Shown one piece after another: positions 1 to 12,699 of a DNA stretch of 64,000 bases. The stretch is taken from positions 4,216,001 through 4,280,000 of the forward strand of contig NC_089432.1 of NCBI RefSeq assembly GCF_026210795.1, read 5' to 3'. Under the pieces are notes generated by a model. The model was not told the DNA's origin and made no database searches. It saw nothing but the letters and a program-made list of their open reading frames with translations. The position numbers and the translations under genes were made by a program. Position 1 is the first letter of the stretch. Each line of letters begins with the position of its first letter. Origin of the DNA: Rhizophagus irregularis (lineage: Eukaryota).

Positions 1-1254
1 AAAAAATCGGCATTGAGAATTGCTCTTTTAGACTAATTCCGTAATCTGTGCTATATACTTTTCGAAAGAATTAAAACTTTAAAATCTGTAACAAAAGATA
101 AATTTTTAGATAATAATACGTGCATTACTAGCCAATAATGTAAAAGCGAACATTATTGAGCTTGATGGAGTATTTTCGTTATATTGTTATCACAAGTTAA
201 AATTTTTACTAGAATCTCCTGGTTCAAATGTAAATCTCAGGGGTAAGTCATTCCGAAGAATTCTTCGGAAATTTCTATCGGCAAAATATATGATTATGTG
301 TTGAAACTAAATAAAATTTATATCTCATTTATCAGATGTTTTTACATTTTCATTTTATTTATTCGCTATTCGCATTTATTAATTTTGTCATATTAAAATC
401 AAATTATGGACTTAAAATTTTTTTTTTCATTTAGAAGGATGATCAAACTTTCAGTATTATTAAAATAGTTGCGTTCCGACAGTTACAGCTATAATATCAT
501 GAATGCAAAAAATTGTTATCTAATTATCTAATGCAAAATTGCCATAGTTAAATTATTTATTAATACTTGTTCAATTCCAACTCCTATAAGTCAATTTTTT
601 TCCCTTACTTTGATTGTCTTATTCAATCCTACTATCAAATTGTAGCATCAATAATTAATAATTTTCTGATTTCTAGCAAGATTAACATCGTATCTGTGAA
701 TTATTAATCTTACCGTACATTTATATTATATCATTGTAATACTTTACTATATATTTCTAAACTTTTTTTGATTATTACAAAGAAAAAAAATCCCAATTAA
801 ATATGAAACAACTGTTAAGAAACGGTTAGTATATTTGATATTATTGTGATTGCACAAGAAAGTTGTTTCTGGAATCATGCGTTAAATCTTTTAAGAAAAA
901 TAATTCCGAATGCTATTTTAATAATATCTAGTAGATATTACGTTCAATAATTCAGCTATATAATGCTAATAATCACAAAATAAATGTTTGGATAATGACG
1001 TAACAAATGTAATAAAATTCTTAGATGATTCGTAAATTAAGACTTCCTATTAGATAAAAATAATCAATTAATATTGCCCTCGGATGATATTTATTGCTTA
1101 TTTTCTTAGAAGTTATAAAAAGAGAAAAGTTTTCGTTTAATAAATCCTTAATTGACAGATAAATCATTGGTTAAAACAACAAAATATAAAATAATTTTGT
1201 TGATCGATAGATTTTTGGAATATAATTTTGGCGATCTTATTTTTGCGTTTTTTA

Positions 1255-2805
1255 ACCTCCCATTACTTCTCATTATTCCAGACTTATCGTCTCCCATTAT
1301 TTTCTATTTTTTTCCATTATCTCTTTTTCTCTCCTGTTTACTTCCCATCATTTCTTTTGTCTCTCATCACTCCTTTTCGTCTCCCATCACTCCTCTTCAT
1401 CTTCCCATCACTTCTTTTCGTCTCCCATCACTCCTTTTCGCCCATCACTCCTCTTCATCACTTCTTTTCGTCTCCCATCACTCCTTTTCGCCCATCACTC
1501 CTCTTCATCTTCCCATCACTCCTTTTCATCTCCCATCACTCCTCTTCATTTTCCCATCAATCCTTTTCGTCTCCCATCACTTCTCTTCATCTCCCACCAT
1601 GTCCTATTTCTTCTTTTTGTTTCCTATCATTACTCCCTTTCATCTTCTATTACTTTCCATTACTCCATTGTTATTTCATTTTTTTATTAGCATCTTTCTC
1701 CTTGATCATTGTAATTTACTTATCTTTTTATTTATTGTTATTGTTTCTTTTATTTGTTTCACTTCATTAAAAATACAGTAACTTTTTTTCTTTAAAATCG
1801 TAAATGTGTGACTTAAATTTTAATATTTGCAAATAAAATCACATTAGATAAGATTATTTTGAATAAATATGTTTGCAAAAAATTTTTTTTTTTTAAAATA
1901 TCATTTGCGATAAAATTTGATCAAAAATTAGCTAAGTTAAAAAAATCAATATATTGTACATCATGGGACATATTTGAAAAAACCCAAGCGACAATCACCA
2001 GGCGACGTTTAGAAATTCCCTTAAATTTTTAAATTTTTACTATTTTTAACTATTTTAACTTATAATAAACCGAAATCTGCCATTTCTCTATACTTAATTT
2101 ACTCATTATAAATAGAAAACATCATTTGTTTATTCATTTTATTAATTTATTTATTTTAACGAAGCTTATTTATAAAAGAGAGATCAACAATTTGCATATT
2201 TATAAATCATTTTTTTTTTACAATAACTTTTTTTTTTTCTTTTCTTTATTAATATTGTGATAATTATATAAAACAACCTATCACAATTTAGACGCTATGC
2301 ATCTGCTAATAAAGTAACTAATCTAAAAATTTCAAAAATCAAACTAATAAAACCAAAATATTTTATAAATATACAAAAAGGTTAACTAAAAATTTCTATC
2401 AACTATACTAATGTTAGCCATCTTTTAATTTTAATTTAACCCTTTTTTAATTAAAATTTAAGCTAACACACTTTATTACAAATTTACAATCCTTACTTAC
2501 CTACTTACCATCCCTTCTTACTTTTTTTCTTTGACTTCCTACTTTTACCCCTTTTTTACTTTTTCCTCCCCCGTTACCTGTTTTTTCCCTTCTAATATTG
2601 TCTCACCATTTTCCGATTCACTGCTATCTTCGGTACCTTCACTACTAACTGTTCCCCTACTCAATTCCTCTTTATTGACTCGCTTTTGTCCAATTTTTTC
2701 GTCTACCACAATTTTCTCTTTTTTAATTTCAGGTGGTAAACGTGATTTACAATAACTTTCACTTAAAAGATCTTTTAAAAGCTCCCCCATGAAAATGACC
2801 TCTGT
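1255..2805. repeat. Dispersed repeat copy 1, containing a CT-rich ~19-bp minisatellite (CTCCCATCACTCCTTTTCGT-like, ~1340-1640)
   Basis: Matches 15574-17055 along the minisatellite and the downstream AT-rich flank. The overlapping ORFs 1152/1228 are low-complexity translations of the repeat. Confidence 0.8.
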
Positions 2806-2883
2806 TAAATATTAAGATTATCTTTCGCCGATCAGCCGGTTTCGAATGGGATAATCAATTTTTGCAAAAAATATTAATATTAC

Positions 2884-3559
2884 CTAGGGGATAGATAAAT
2901 AACGGGGGGGCCAACTCAAGTTAGTGGTCATGAGACCGAACTGAAGCCATATGTAAATTTATAAGAAATCATATTAAAATATAACGTACCCCATGTTTTT
3001 AAAGTGGAAGATCGGCCAATAATTTATTTTAATTTAATAAAAAATTTTTCTGCCATAACGGCAAAATCCCAAACTATGTAAATATGCAATTTTTTTCAAA
3101 ATATCGTTTCTATATCCTTTAAAAAATACGATCAAGCATTTAAAATACCTCTAAACCATAAAAAATTTTATCACACATTTGAAAATATTATAAAATAAAA
3201 GAAGAAAACCCTATTTTTGAATGTTTTAAATAAAAATATTTATAACTATATATTGGAAATTCCAAAGAAAAACAAGATAGAATCTAACTTTTTACTACTA
3301 AAGTAACAAAAACTTGTAAAAATTAATAAATAAATAACCAGTGGTCCAATTTAAGTAGAAACACTTCGCCTATATAAGGTTAACATGGATAAACTTAACT
3401 TTTGAAATCGGCTACGTTTCTTTAAACGTGTATCGAAAAAAATAAATTTTTGTACAATTTTAATATAGGATTTCTCTTGTGTAACCATTTTTATAAGACT
3501 TCAGTTCGGGTAGTTTTTGATGTCTGTGTAACCCTGAGTTGACCCCATCTATCCCCTAG
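2884..3559. mobile_element. Non-autonomous TIR DNA transposon (hAT-like termini)
   Basis: CTAGGGGATAGAT at 2884 and ATCTATCCCCTAG ending at 3559; the inverted match continues (GGGGYCAACTCA). Direct repeat ATATTAC on both flanks. Confidence 0.7.
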
Positions 3560-3734
3560 ATATTACCGTTATTCGGTAAAGTCAAATATATGTATCATAG
3601 CTTTAATGTTTGAAATAGAATTCTACACTAATAAATAATAATGCAATCAAAATGTTTAACAATATATTTGGCTTATCTATATTTTAGACACGAAGAAAAA
3701 TATTTCGTCAAATATTTAGTTTATCATACGTAAA

Positions 3735-4556
3735 TCATGGATTTGTAGACTCATTCACATCTTTCCCCCAAAATATTTCTGCATACAAACTTGAACCACC
3801 GTTTTTGTAAATGTCAATTAATCTAGTTATTGCCACTATAGTAAGAGCTGTTGTGACTTTTGTTTGCCAAAAATTATTACTTAATACTAAACCACTCCTG
3901 ACAGATTGAATTAAAATCGCACTAATAAGAAAAATAAGTATAACGAATTTTCTGATGTTCAACTGTATAATCCACCGTTGTTTGTTCCACAATTCGTTCC
4001 ACAATTCGTTCGATCGATTGTGCCAAATAGACAGAAAAAGGATCCATGCAGCCGCCAAGAATGATACTGCAATCCACCTCAATAAGTTACCAACGGCGCA
4101 AGTTTTGTAAAAATCCTTATTCATGCTAAATTCATTAGGGATATCAATTTGTTTAATAAAATTTGGATTAACAAAGAAAAGAAGCGCCGTGATAAATAAA
4201 ATAATACATTTGTGCCCCTTTATAAACCCCTTTTTTTCCTCATCTTTAACATTAAAAAAAATCGCACAAAATAAGAAGAAAATTGAATAGATAACTGTAA
4301 TGACCCCAAAGGCTTTGGTAAATTTATTTTCATATTTCCACCACATGAAGAAATAATAAATATTCATGGCATGAAGCGAACCAAAAATTATAATGTCGTC
4401 CAAAATATCAAGGTAGTTCTTTTTCTTGGTCTTTTTATTATTGCAACCGTCATTCTCATCCTTAGTTTTATCACTTATTCGTGTGGCTATAATGGTCACT
4501 ACGACACCTGTGAGGAAATCTCCCCAGAAATCATTATATGGATCGTAGTCTGTCAT
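3735..4556 (-). CDS. Hypothetical multi-pass membrane protein (273 aa)
   Basis: Intronless 273-aa ORF with about 7 hydrophobic segments; no family recognised. Confidence 0.6.
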   Translation of the reverse strand: MTDYDPYNDFWGDFLTGVVVTIIATRISDKTKDENDGCNNKKTKKKNYLDILDDIIIFGSLHAMNIYYFFMWWKYENKFTKAFGVITVIYSIFFLFCAIFFNVKDEEKKGFIKGHKCIILFITALLFFVNPNFIKQIDIPNEFSMNKDFYKTCAVGNLLRWIAVSFLAAAWILFLSIWHNRSNELWNELWNKQRWIIQLNIRKFVILIFLISAILIQSVRSGLVLSNNFWQTKVTTALTIVAITRLIDIYKNGGSSLYAEIFWGKDVNESTNP

Positions 4557-7500
4557 TGCAAATTTTTAGTAAACAATTGAGAAATATTTGCGAAAAATAT
4601 GAGAAATTATTTTATCAAAACGCCGACATGGGGACAGATGGTTATTTTAAAAATTGTGGGACCAATATTCGTGATTCCAAATTTAATTCGTAATTTCTAC
4701 TTAACCGAATTCGTTAATTAAATGAAAATTATGCTTCCAATCTTCCAAGTGCATACCTTATCACTGATCAAATTATGTCATGTATCTCCAAATTTATTCT
4801 AGAATAAAATCACTTCAGAACTCATTAATATTATTTTTATTTAACTATTTCCAAAAACAATGGTACAAAAATAATAAATATTCTAGCCTAGTGATTATCT
4901 TTAGTAATCCTCAATGAAGACTCTCTGGTGTGGAGCATGCTATGAACCAAATTTGTTCAGTAAACGAAAAAATTCACAATAAATATTCTAAACCCACATA
5001 TTAAAGAGACCTGCTAGTGATTGTTTTTAGTAAAGACAGTCTGCATGTTATCAAATCGAATCAGATTTTAAACTACCATCCCTATGAAAAAAGAATGTCT
5101 GGAATTTGTCACAAAATTGTTCGGAAATTGTCCAGTATACCTATAAAATGTCTGGAAAATGTCCGAAATTATGAAAAGATATGGTGTCCGGAATTATAAT
5201 ACTTTAGACTGCGCCATAAAATGTATTCGTTTTCATTTTTTTTTTGGAACATCATTTATTGGATATTGGATGAATATGAAAAAGATGATTATCTTTAATT
5301 TCTCTGACCCAACAATCAATAAGAGCTTCATATTGTGTGCTATATTTATACAACAATCTTACATACTACACATATGAAACAAAACAGGGCGGACATGCTT
5401 TTATCACCTGCCGATCATTTAAACTTGGCCGGATTTGGTTAAAAAAAAATTAAATATAAAAGTTGAAATAAGATAAATTTATAAATAAAATTTGAAGATA
5501 CATTAATATTTGAAATTTTCAATTGGAGCAAAATTAATTAATCTATTTATTATGTGATAAAATCGAATAATCGCACTAAAAAGATGAATATGCATGGCAG
5601 AAGTTTAAAAGTTTGCATAGATATTCTTCATATCATATATAATCTATGAAAGTAATAATATAATATTTGCGCTCATAATACAGGTTTTTTACTTGTGAAG
5701 AATTCAGCTAATTATAATATTTGCTTATTAAAAATTAAAAGTTTGTTACTTATGAAAGTTGGCCAGTAATGATTTGATTTACAAAAATCTATTTAATTAA
5801 AATTTAATATAAATAAGATTTTCAGTAAATTTTGGTAATATTCTGATATATGAAATTTTTCAATAAAGTAAAAAAAAAAAATATAACGGCACTAGTGATA
5901 AAATTGTGAATGATCGACAAATGATCGGCAAAATTGAATTGACCAATGAACATGTATAAACATAAAACTAAAACAATGTTTATATTAAAAATTAAAATAT
6001 TATGATATCATTTTATTGAGTAAACAACATTTAAAGACTAGTAGATGATTTGGAGTATTTGCCATGATGATTCATTGATTCAACATTAACATTTATCGAT
6101 TTACAAATATTTTGTTTTGGTAGGTGATTTTCACCGCACCAAGCATTAGCAAATATTAACGGGCAGAGTTTCATGAAATTTTTAATTCTGCCCAAAATTC
6201 TACCCTAATTCTGGTAAGGTGACAATCGCTGGCAGCGATGATATTTAGAAATACACATTTTATTTGGCTGTCGAAATTTTATTTTTCACAAATTTTAGAA
6301 CAAATTTTGATCCCAACGATGTAAAATTGCAAAGAATATAATATCACGATATTATTCAATTCTTTGGATAGTAGATTTTTTGGTGAAAAAGGTATTAGGA
6401 ATAATATATATTTCGGGGAATATATTAGATTTCTACAATGTTAGACATTTTCCTTGTATTATAAGTTATTTTTATTTTTTTAGTAGGTAAGGTAGTAGTA
6501 CTAAGTAGTAAGGAGGGTGTGTGTAGAGACGACTGGACGAACAAGATTGGCACGTATAGGATTTTAGTCTTAACTGGGTGGTAGCGATTATTTCCATTAT
6601 TGTAGTTGACTGCAATGTATTTTATAAACGTGATAATAGCAAATACCAGAAAATCGGAACAAATTTCAAATTTGTATTATAAAAAACCAGTATATTGGTA
6701 AGAAACTCGTAAAGTTATCATTTCACATGGTGAAAAATCATCATGAAAAATTATCATGAAACAATTGAAACATGATGATTTTTCACATAGTACTTCCAAA
6801 ATGGATGAGAAGATGCAAAGATCGGTTGTGATTTTTTGAAGTTAACGAAGAAATGAGCAAAATGTGGACTTTCAGAAAACTTAGAGAAATCATCAAAACA
6901 GATCAAAAAGAGGGTAAGGACGTAAAGGAAAGAGGAATGACAAAAAAACTCTCAATCAATTGATAATGTGTTAATGGTTAAGTTGAACAAATTAAAGAAT
7001 AGTTACTACCACTCATACTGTTTCGGGTACCAACTATTAGGGTGATTCTTTTTTCAGAGTATAGAGAACAAGATTCAATGTCAGAAAAGAAATCCATTCT
7101 GGATGCTAGTCACTTAACGTTGATCAAAATGTCAAGGACAGCATTTCACACACTGAGAATCAAGTTCATATTTCGATTCCAAAAGTACTACCTGACAAAG
7201 TATACTTCTGCTTTGAAGAAAGACTGTCAAGATCGAGGATGTAGTTCTGACAATCAAGAATTATGAGAAGAGTTAAAACACGCAGAGAATCAAGGATAGA
7301 AAATTTGGAAAATTAGAGATTCTTGAGGAAAACTTTTATTGATTCTTTGGGTTTTTGAAAATTTTCAAGAAAAAGAGTAAAGTTAAAATTATGATGATCT
7401 CAATGCCCAATTTCAAAAGACTTCAAATAAAGTCAAGTCTGGAACAAATAAATGAATAAGGAAAATGGACAAAATACACAGGATGATCAAAACTTCGTGA

Positions 7501-7893
7501 AAAAAAGTTAACCGGTGTATATATAATAAATTTTGATAATTCGACAACACAAAAAAAAAAATATTTTAAATTTCACAGAGAAATTGACAGAATTATAACA
7601 CTCCAAATATTTTTTTATAATAGGTGTTGCAGATGTTACTCATTCCGCCCTTGGTGAATGCGAAAGGGTGAGGAAAGAAAATCGATATTCGATAATGGCC
7701 AGAAATGGCGTCATTTAAATTTTAGGATTATCATCCATTTTTAGGAAATGCAAAATTAAAACAATTCTGTCCAGTATATATTAACTACATAACTACAAAT
7801 GTACAAATGTACATCATCGTGGCCTCCTACCTTAGAAAATAACGTCATTTCCAAATTCATTTTGAATTTCCCAAACTATTAAATAAAATAAGG

Positions 7894-8081
7894 ATACTAA
7901 TTTTCGCCCCAGGTTCTCATTGGGTCCGACGTGGAATTAGCTCGGATTCCATATAATGACGGCAGAAAACATGGGTCCGGATGATTACAAATGATTACAA
8001 ATCAAAAAAAATTCCAGTTGTTGATCAATCGGATCCGGTTCACCATCCAGAATCAATGGAAGTAGGGGCGAAAATTAGTAT
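7894..8081. mobile_element. MITE
   Basis: Perfect 17-bp TIR ATACTAATTTTCGCCCC / GGGGCGAAAATTAGTAT around ~150 bp of non-coding DNA. Confidence 0.65.
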
Positions 8082-8336
8082 AGCCATTAAATGGCTAAAA
8101 TAATACCAGTAATGAAAATTATCTCTGAAAACATTTAGTGAAAAGGGCATTCTTAAAATGTAAATAGGAGAATTATGAAGCGCCATTTCGCTTTATATCC
8201 GTAACACAAATTAGTCATGTGCCATAAATATAACGTTAGGCAGAATGCAATAATAAGTTGGAGTGTTGGACAATCCACAGAATTAGGATTCATTTCTTCT
8301 TTTCTTTTTTATTTAATTTATAAAAATAAATAAATA

Positions 8337-9745
8337 ATGGCTGATATTGTTACCAAAATTATCACAAAATTTACTTGATATTTTAAATGATGAAGAATAT
8401 TATGATATTACAGTTGAAGTTGGTAATGATCCATATATAAAAATATTTCGTGCCCATATTACATTATCGTTCTCCTTACTTGCGAAGAATTTTGTCAACC
8501 AATAAAAAAAAAATGATGGAACTTTAGTACATCTTAAATTACCAAATATTTTGCCTGAAATTTTTCAAATAATCTTAAGGTAAAATAAATGATAAATAAT
8601 TGACGCTTTTTTAACAAATAATAAATAATTTTTTTTTAAATTTTTTATTTATAAAATTTTATTTTTTAGTTATATATATGGTGGAAACATTTCTTTAAAT
8701 GAATATGATAATTCAGATATAATTCAAATCCTAATTGCCGCTAATGAACTTAGTCTTCAAGACTTAATCACTTATTTACAATCCTTTTTTAATTGAAAAT
8801 GAAACAAATTGGATAGAACAAAATTTTAATTTGGTATATCAAACAAGCTTCGAAAATGATTCTTTCTCCGAACTTCAAAATATTGTACTGATTTAATGAC
8901 GAAAGAACCAGTTAAGTTATTTAACTCATTGAATTTTTCCTCAATTCCAGAAAACTTTTGATCACAATAATTCAAATGATAATCTCAAATGAGTGAAATT
9001 CAAGTTTGGGAACATGTTCTTAAATGGGGACTTGCACAAAATCCAGAACTTCCTTCTGATATTACAAATTATTCAAAAGATGATTTTAACGCTTTAAAGA
9101 GTACTTTACAACAATTTATTCCATTTATTAAATTCTACAACTTAACATCCAAAGAATTTTTAGATGAAGTATTTCCTTATAGAGAAATTCTACCTGAAGA
9201 ATTATTTATAAATTTATTAAAAGACATTTCTAAGTCTTTTGGATCCTAATATCAAGCCAACTGATAATTCAAAACCTTGTATAACTAAGGAAGTTAAACT
9301 TAAAAGCAATTGATTCAAAAATTATTACATCTCAACATGCCAAATTGATCTCAAAATGGATTGATAGATTAGAAATTACTGACGAATCTGACGAATCTTC
9401 TCCATATGAATTTAAATTACTGTTTTGCGGATCTCTTAGGACCCAGAAATATATATAAAAGGGTCAGGTTTGAGTTTGCGTATTTTAAACTAAAAAAATC
9501 ATGAAAATCTTTCCTTTTTGAGATAATTTTTGATAATGCCAGTCAGAATTTTATTTCCTATTATAGTAACCGACTGACATTATCATAATTCCGGCCCTGA
9601 AAAAATGCGTACAGCTCATAGTAAAAAAAATTTTTCATCACCTGACCCCTATATATATATTTTTGGGTCCTGATCTCTTGATGGATTTTCACGTAATAAA
9701 TTTCACGAAATTTGTGACAACAAATCACGCACAGTAACACTTGTA
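8337..9745 (+). pseudogene. BTB/POZ-BACK-TLDc protein pseudogene
   Basis: Translates LLPKLSQNLLDILNDEEYYDITVEVGNDPYIKIFRAH (BTB), MSEIQVWEHVLKWG (BACK-like) and FKLLFCGS/DGF..KFHEICDN (TLDc). Intron at ~8580-8669; frameshifts, a MITE insertion and 3' truncation. Confidence 0.85.
9438..9671. mobile_element. MITE with 8-bp TSD inserted in the TLDc exon
   Basis: TIR AGGACCCA.AAA..TATATA...GGGTCAGGT at both ends; TSD GATCTCTT at 9430-9437 and 9672-9679. Confidence 0.85.
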
Positions 9746-10502
9746 AATAATTTGAAATTTATGATACTTTGAGGCGCAGTAAATTATAAATCAAAAAGGT
9801 GTAAGCTTAGAATAATTTAAATGAAATTGACGAAGAGATATTTCACCCAATCGATTATTTCTAGAAAACTGTTATGAGAAATTAATTAATTATTTCCAGA
9901 ATAATCATTATAAAGTGTTAATAACTAATTACAATATTTATGATTGATTGGCATAAGTTCGTATTATTAACGAAAATTTCTCCCAAATTTTAATGTATCA
10001 TTTCATAAAAATTGTAACAATAAAGAAACTACTATTTGATTAGTTGAAATATCAAATAGTTGGAAACATACTACTATTTTGTATTCAATTTTGCAAAAGG
10101 AAAATATATTCTGTTCTACCATAAAGATACAGTATTTTATACTAATATTGAAGGAGTGGGTTATACTGTTTGCTGCCATAATGACATGATAACAGATAAG
10201 TAATTACCTTAAAAATTTCTGTTATAACTTGTTTTTAACGTATATTCCCTTTTCAAATCTTCGTTAGTGAAATTTATTTAGAATTTTAAGTGATCAAATC
10301 AAGTAAAGTTTGTAGCAAAGATTTGACTTACGGTTGTGACAAAACTTTTTGGAATAATCATTAACAAAGTTAATAACAGCCTTTGACATTGAATATATCG
10401 ATAATAATGGATTATTATAGTTTAGGAGCATATATATATCGTAGTTGTTGATTTTATTAATCAGTTATTTGATCATGATTTTTAATGAAGAAATTTTACT
10501 TG

Positions 10503-10625
10503 CTTTAATAATATAATACAAAATGTATAATAAAAATAAATTTAATAATACAATACAAAATGTATAATAAAAATAAATTTAAATAATATAATACAAAATG
10601 TATGATAAAAATAAATTTAATAATA
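10503..10625. repeat. AT-rich tandem repeat (~37-40 bp x3)
   Basis: TTTAATAATATAATACAAAATGTATAATAAAAATAAA-like unit occurs three times. Confidence 0.7.
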
Positions 10626-10694
10626 TTACAACATAAAAAAATTAAATAAAAGAAAAAAGAATTTCAATCGTGTAATATGTCTAAATGACGTTAT

Positions 10695-12095
10695 TCATCT
10701 GATAAACAAACTTGTCATCAATAAAGAAAGATCCTCTTTTGCCAAACATGTCGAACACATGTCATAATCGCATTTATAACAACCTAAACGTTTTCCATAA
10801 TAATACTTTCCACATTCATCGCACATCCACATTCCTGATGTTTGTGTATAACGGAGAGGGTGACGACTTCGACAGGTACTCTCGGGCTTGCATTCTTCTC
10901 CAGACTTGCAATGGCTAGAGCAAGCGTCAAAATTGCAAAGTTCACAATGATATTGGGATACCTGTTCATACAATTTACAAAAAAAAAGGCAAGTCAATAT
11001 TTCAAAAAATAAACAGGAATATGAAAAACAAAATATATTAAAAAAGACTACCGTAGAATTACTATCTTTTCCACACACGTCACAATACCAACACCCTTCG
11101 TAATATTTCTTTTTCAAATCATGTCCTTCAAAACATTGAGGTGGTGGCGGACGTATTACACTATTCATGGAAGCAGATACGTCGATCAAGAGAGCATAAT
11201 CTATCGCCACTTGGCAGAGATTTCTGTGTCTTTGAACCTCGGCCCATGATGCGGAATAGTTACCAACTGAAATATTTCCGACCGAGAGAGATAGAGAAGT
11301 GGTGATTTCGTGAGCAATAGTCAAGAATACAAGTTCAAGAAGATAAAAATCTTTGACGGGAAAGTAAATAAAGTTGCCAATGCTAGCCATCTGATTCATT
11401 TTTAAAAATATTGAAGATTGATGCTCAATAACGATTTAAAAAATTATTTACTTTTCAATATCGAAACATGTCTTGTTTCAAAAGAAATATAACACCGACG
11501 TGAGAAAAACTCTTTTTAAATAAATTTAAATCTTGATCAAGAGAAAAAAAGCAAAGAATGACATACCTGTTCCATTTTCGTTGAATCTACACCGTCTCCA
11601 ACTCCAACTACAAACAGGAAATTATTTGATTTCTTTGTAAATAGACGTGATATTTCTTCAGCACATTTTTTTAAACCTCGACTGCTACGATTGTCATCAC
11701 CATCAGTCACGACAACCAAAATCCAGGGACGAGAACGATCACCATTACGTTGAAAAGTTTTTATGACATCAATCATACTGTCGTAAAGGCGAGTGCCACC
11801 ACTAACGACGTTGCTTAACCCGTTAAGTGAACGATAAAGTGATGCTTCATCTCTGGTGAAGGACTTGAATATAAATTGAAAGAATGTTGGTGTTAAAAGA
11901 TAAATGAATGAAAACAGTAAATAATTTGACATCAAAGAGGATCATTTTTACCTGTCTTACTACCATAGAGTCATTAAATGTTGCAATACATCCACGATCT
12001 AATCCATCACGGTGTAAATTCTTTACAAGCTCGTTGCTCGCCTTGATAGCACAGCTTATTTGCGTGTTTTGAGTGGTTGCTCTTACAAGTACCAT
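10695..12095 (-). CDS. vWA-domain protein with two C-terminal Cys/His-rich (C1/DC1/ZZ-like) zinc fingers; 4 exons (~12095-11952, 11863-11567, 11390-11052, 10961-10695)
   Basis: GT-AG introns join the ORFs in frame. vWA motifs DRGCIATFN, GGTRLYDSM, VVVTDGDDN, LFVVGVG and LLIDVSASM; fingers WYCDVC..YHCELCNFDAC and WMCDEC..CYKCDYDMC. Confidence 0.75.
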
Positions 12096-12513
12096 TTCTT
12101 TCGCAGGTGTTGTTATATTAGTTACGAGAGATTTTAGAAAATATTATGGTCTGAAATTTTGTAAAGCGATTATTTATTTATAAAAGCTTTTTGATTTATT
12201 AAGTATATTATTGCTGACCTTTTTCACGACAAGTGACGTTAGATATCGTTAAATAAAATAAGAACTTTATTAAATAAATTGCGTTGTTTGGTTTATTATT
12301 ACAGAAAAATATAAGACACGAATTTTGGGTTAACAAAATATAAAATTTATTGGGTTAAAAGGATTAATTAATGTGAGAACATCCCAAACTCCTTTAAACT
12401 TCTCTCAAAAGTTACTCTTTATATAACTAATTTAGGGGTACTTATTTTAGGGTTATTAACTTATAATGTTTCAGTGTTTCAACTGTTTCATTGTTTGTTA
12501 TCCTTTAATGTTA

Positions 12514-12699
12514 GCACGTCCGAAATGCGGGACAGGCTAAGCCGATCACGGTGACAAATGACGGTGACAAATAAGTTTTGGAAAATTCGTCCCCTCAGAT
12601 AATTAGTGATTTTGAACTCGTGCTTGCACGTGATCAGGTGACGCGTAAACATTACTCCTTCCTATTATAGTTGTGATCGGTCACACATTTCGGACGGGC
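12514..12699. mobile_element. Probable MITE
   Basis: Imperfect TIR GCACGTCCGAAATGCG / CACATTTCGGACGGGC. Confidence 0.5.

Noticed and set aside
1152..1781. 209/180-aa ORFs (also 15555-16449)
   Set aside because: Open in several frames only because of the CT-rich minisatellite.
6480..7500. Possible degenerate retroelement remnant
   Set aside because: Purine-skewed, but no recognisable domain or terminal repeat.
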